DNA from: Hydrolagus colliei
Taxonomy: Eukaryota
Length of the DNA stretch: 64,000 nt
Assembly: GCA_035084275.1 (NCBI GenBank)
Contig: CM068757.1
Coordinates: 2,542,001 to 2,606,000 of the forward strand
Direction of reading: 5' to 3'
Positions 61,927 through 64,000 of the stretch are shown here, in pieces. How positions within the stretch are numbered: the first letter of the stretch is position 1; each line of letters begins with the position of its first letter. Made by a program: the position numbers and the translations under genes. Below the pieces are notes generated by a model. The model had not been told where the DNA came from and did no database searches. It saw only the letters and a list, made by a program, of their open reading frames with translations.

Positions 61927-62231
61927 TTAATAATAATCCTTGCATTTGATATAGCACTTTTCATGCCTTCTGGGCATCTCAAAGCACTTTACAGAAAATA
62001 CTGTAAAGTGAATTGATTGTATACTTCTGGGCGAAACGTGGCAGACAATTGCACACAGCAGTGTCTCCACAAACAGTCGTGGATTGAAATGACCAATTCT
62101 TTTTCTCTCTCAAGGGATTATTATCAGGCATGTGGAGTAAGGAAACTTGCCCAAGGTTTTGCCCTGCCTGGAATTGAACCAAGTCTCTCGCTTGCAAGGC
62201 GAGTGCTCTAACCACTGAGCTACAGGACTCC
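61927..62231 (-). mobile_element. Full-length tRNA-derived SINE
   Basis: GGAGTCCTGTAGCTCAGTGGTTAGAGCACTCGCCTTGCAAGCGAGAGACTTGGTTCAATTCC head on minus strand, body and tail. Confidence 0.93.
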
Positions 62232-62764
62232 GCATTTGAATTGCATTTGAATCTCCTGTCATTTTGTCTGCGTGGGTGTGTGTGTGTGTGTGTGTGTGTG
62301 CCATGCCAGTGATGGAAAACATGTTAGATGTCAGTTGGCAGTGAAAGTGCAGTGAATTGCGTAAACCACTTCAGTGGAACGGGATCACTGACTTCAGGTG
62401 TCAGAGCCTCACACACTGCCAGACTGCAGGGTGAGTCCATAAAGAGATCATTAACTATTTCAGGGGTCAGCCTGTTCCACCACAGCTGTCAGAAAAGGTG
62501 GCCATAACAGCCACGTTTACGATATTGACTGGGGTCAGGTGTTTCGAGAGATTTTTCAATTTTTCACTGACAGAAGGAATTAATTTGTTTGGCTTTGGTG
62601 AAGTTGGGAGAATTCTCTCAGTGACTGTCATGCCCTCTGGTGTCTGTTCCTGGTTCTACAAGATGCGTAAACATTGTTCCTGCTCAGATTTTTTTTTGCA
62701 CAGTCAAGTTTTTATATAAAAACATATAATTTTACTTTCAAAGCTTGCGTTCCTTACCTTACCT

Positions 62765-62832
62765 CGTTCAGCGTCTTGGGACGTCCTCCTGACGTGAAAG
62801 GCGCTATACCAATGTAATTTTGTTGTTTTTGT
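62765..62832 (+). mobile_element. L2 stem-loop tail fragment
   Basis: GTTCAGCGTCTTGGGACGTCCTCCTGACGTGAAAGGCGCTATACCAATGTAATTTTGTTG. Confidence 0.8.
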
Positions 62833-62858
62833 TCCTCCTCACAACCTTTGAAATCATT

Positions 62859-63080
62859 GTTTCCTTACTCCACACGCTTGATAATAATTCCTCAAGAAAC
62901 TAATTATAAATTGGTCAGTTCAATCCACGATTCTTTGTGGGACACTGCTGTATGCAATTTGTGGCCGTGTTTCGTCCACAAATCATGCAGTCAATTCACT
63001 TTACACCATATTATGTGAAGCACTTTGAGACGTTTAGAACACGTGAAAAGTACTATGTCAAATTCAAGGATTATTATTAT
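62859..63080 (+). mobile_element. SINE lacking tRNA head
   Basis: GTTTCCTTACTCCACACGCTTGATAATAAT ... CAAGGATTATTATTAT. Confidence 0.88.
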
Positions 63081-63242
63081 CTGTTGCCATGTGAAACAGA
63101 AAATTACAATGTATTGGTGCCATCAATTTTGTAGTATTTCATTATCTTTCTAGATAGAATATTATTAAATTCCTGTGACTGTGGCACACTGTATTGTATG
63201 TCATATCCTAAACGTTCCATGTGTTCATTGTTTCTTTCTTAG

Positions 63243-63374
63243 GTGCTTTTCTGATCCCCTACCTGATGATGTTGGCTCTTGCCGGTGTCCCGATATTTTT
63301 GCTTGAAACAGCTCTCGGTCAATTTGCCAGCCAGGGACCAATATCAGTGTGGAAAGCTATCCCAGCTTTGCAAG
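63243..63374 (+). CDS. SLC6A5: SLC6A5 exon 4 (TM2)
   Basis: cttag| ... G|gtacag; [43 protein letters not shown]; 132 nt. Confidence 0.98.
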
Positions 63375-63462
63375 GTACAGCATTAACACTAATCGATTGG
63401 CCTCTGATTTTAAAAATGTTTCTTTTTTTAACAAAAAATTGATTCCTTTCTTATTTCCACAG

Positions 63463-63636
63463 GGTGTGGAATCGCCATGTTAATCATCTCGGTTCTGATT
63501 GCTGTTTACTACAACATCATTATCTGCTACACTCTTTTCTACCTTTTTGCTTCCTGTGTATCCACGCTTCCCTGGGCATCATGTGGAAACCCCTGGAACA
63601 CTCCGGATTGCAGAGACAAGAACATGCTTGCAAAGG
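63463..63636 (+). CDS. SLC6A5: SLC6A5 exon 5 (TM3 and start of EL2); gene continues past the window
   Basis: ccacag| ... G|gtaacc; [58 protein letters not shown]; 174 nt. Confidence 0.97.
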
Positions 63637-64000
63637 GTAACCATTTGTCTCTTGAACACACTGGGATATTTTATTTTGTTCATACAAAAGGACGCAACTG
63701 TCTAGATCACTGACCTGTGGTGCCCCTTGGTGTCTATAGAGTTAGGTAGCTATGTGTTTTATTGGAATGAATAACTAACACAGTGCCTTAAACCAGCATT
63801 TTACATCCAGTGTATGAGCCTGAAGGGTTCTAGGAAGAGTACAACATAATACTTCTTACTTGAAGCGTTGTTACATTGTCAGGACAATTTGATTAGCAGT
63901 TACTGCTGGCCACTTGACCATTTAGATCATTGTTATGTCATGCTCCTCTGCGGTTGCTTTACAAAAGTGGTTGTAAGTAAACAATAGGCAACGGAGAATG

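Noticed and set aside
62160-62231. tRNA-like sequences with A and B boxes (also near 4200-4272, 8180-8247, 29284-29350, 44903-44960, 55200-55268, 61060-61123)
   Set aside because: Each runs straight into the SINE body and lacks a proper acceptor stem; they are SINE heads, not tRNA genes

Overview
Vertebrate genomic DNA, most likely from a cartilaginous fish. The repeat content (young L2 and CR1 LINEs, an abundant tRNA-headed SINE with a Deu-like body, LF-SINE relics) points to a chimaera such as the elephant shark; this is inference. Two + strand genes can be rebuilt exon by exon from splice signals and reading phase. PRMT3 has 15 coding exons from 116 to 35893 (exon 1 lies upstream of the window), with the C2H2 zinc finger, motif [10 protein letters not shown], double-E loop and THW loop all intact. 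SLC6A5/GlyT2 has an ATG-only exon 1 at 51221-51223 and exons 2-5 up to 63636, and continues beyond the window. PRMT3-SLC6A5 is the same gene order as in mammals. The rest is intronic or intergenic DNA with many retroelement copies, microsatellites and one assembly gap (56638-56772). I see no evidence of a wholly new multi-gene system. The best leads are regulatory: a 20-codon upstream ORF in the SLC6A5 leader that appears conserved to mammals, a tandem pair of REST/RE1 sites in SLC6A5 intron 1, a near-perfect RE1 in PRMT3 intron 10, a second ATG-only candidate first exon, enhancer-like blocks in PRMT3 introns, and a covarying stem-loop shared by the SINE and LINE tails. All comparisons to human or consensus sequences are from memory and need checking by alignment.
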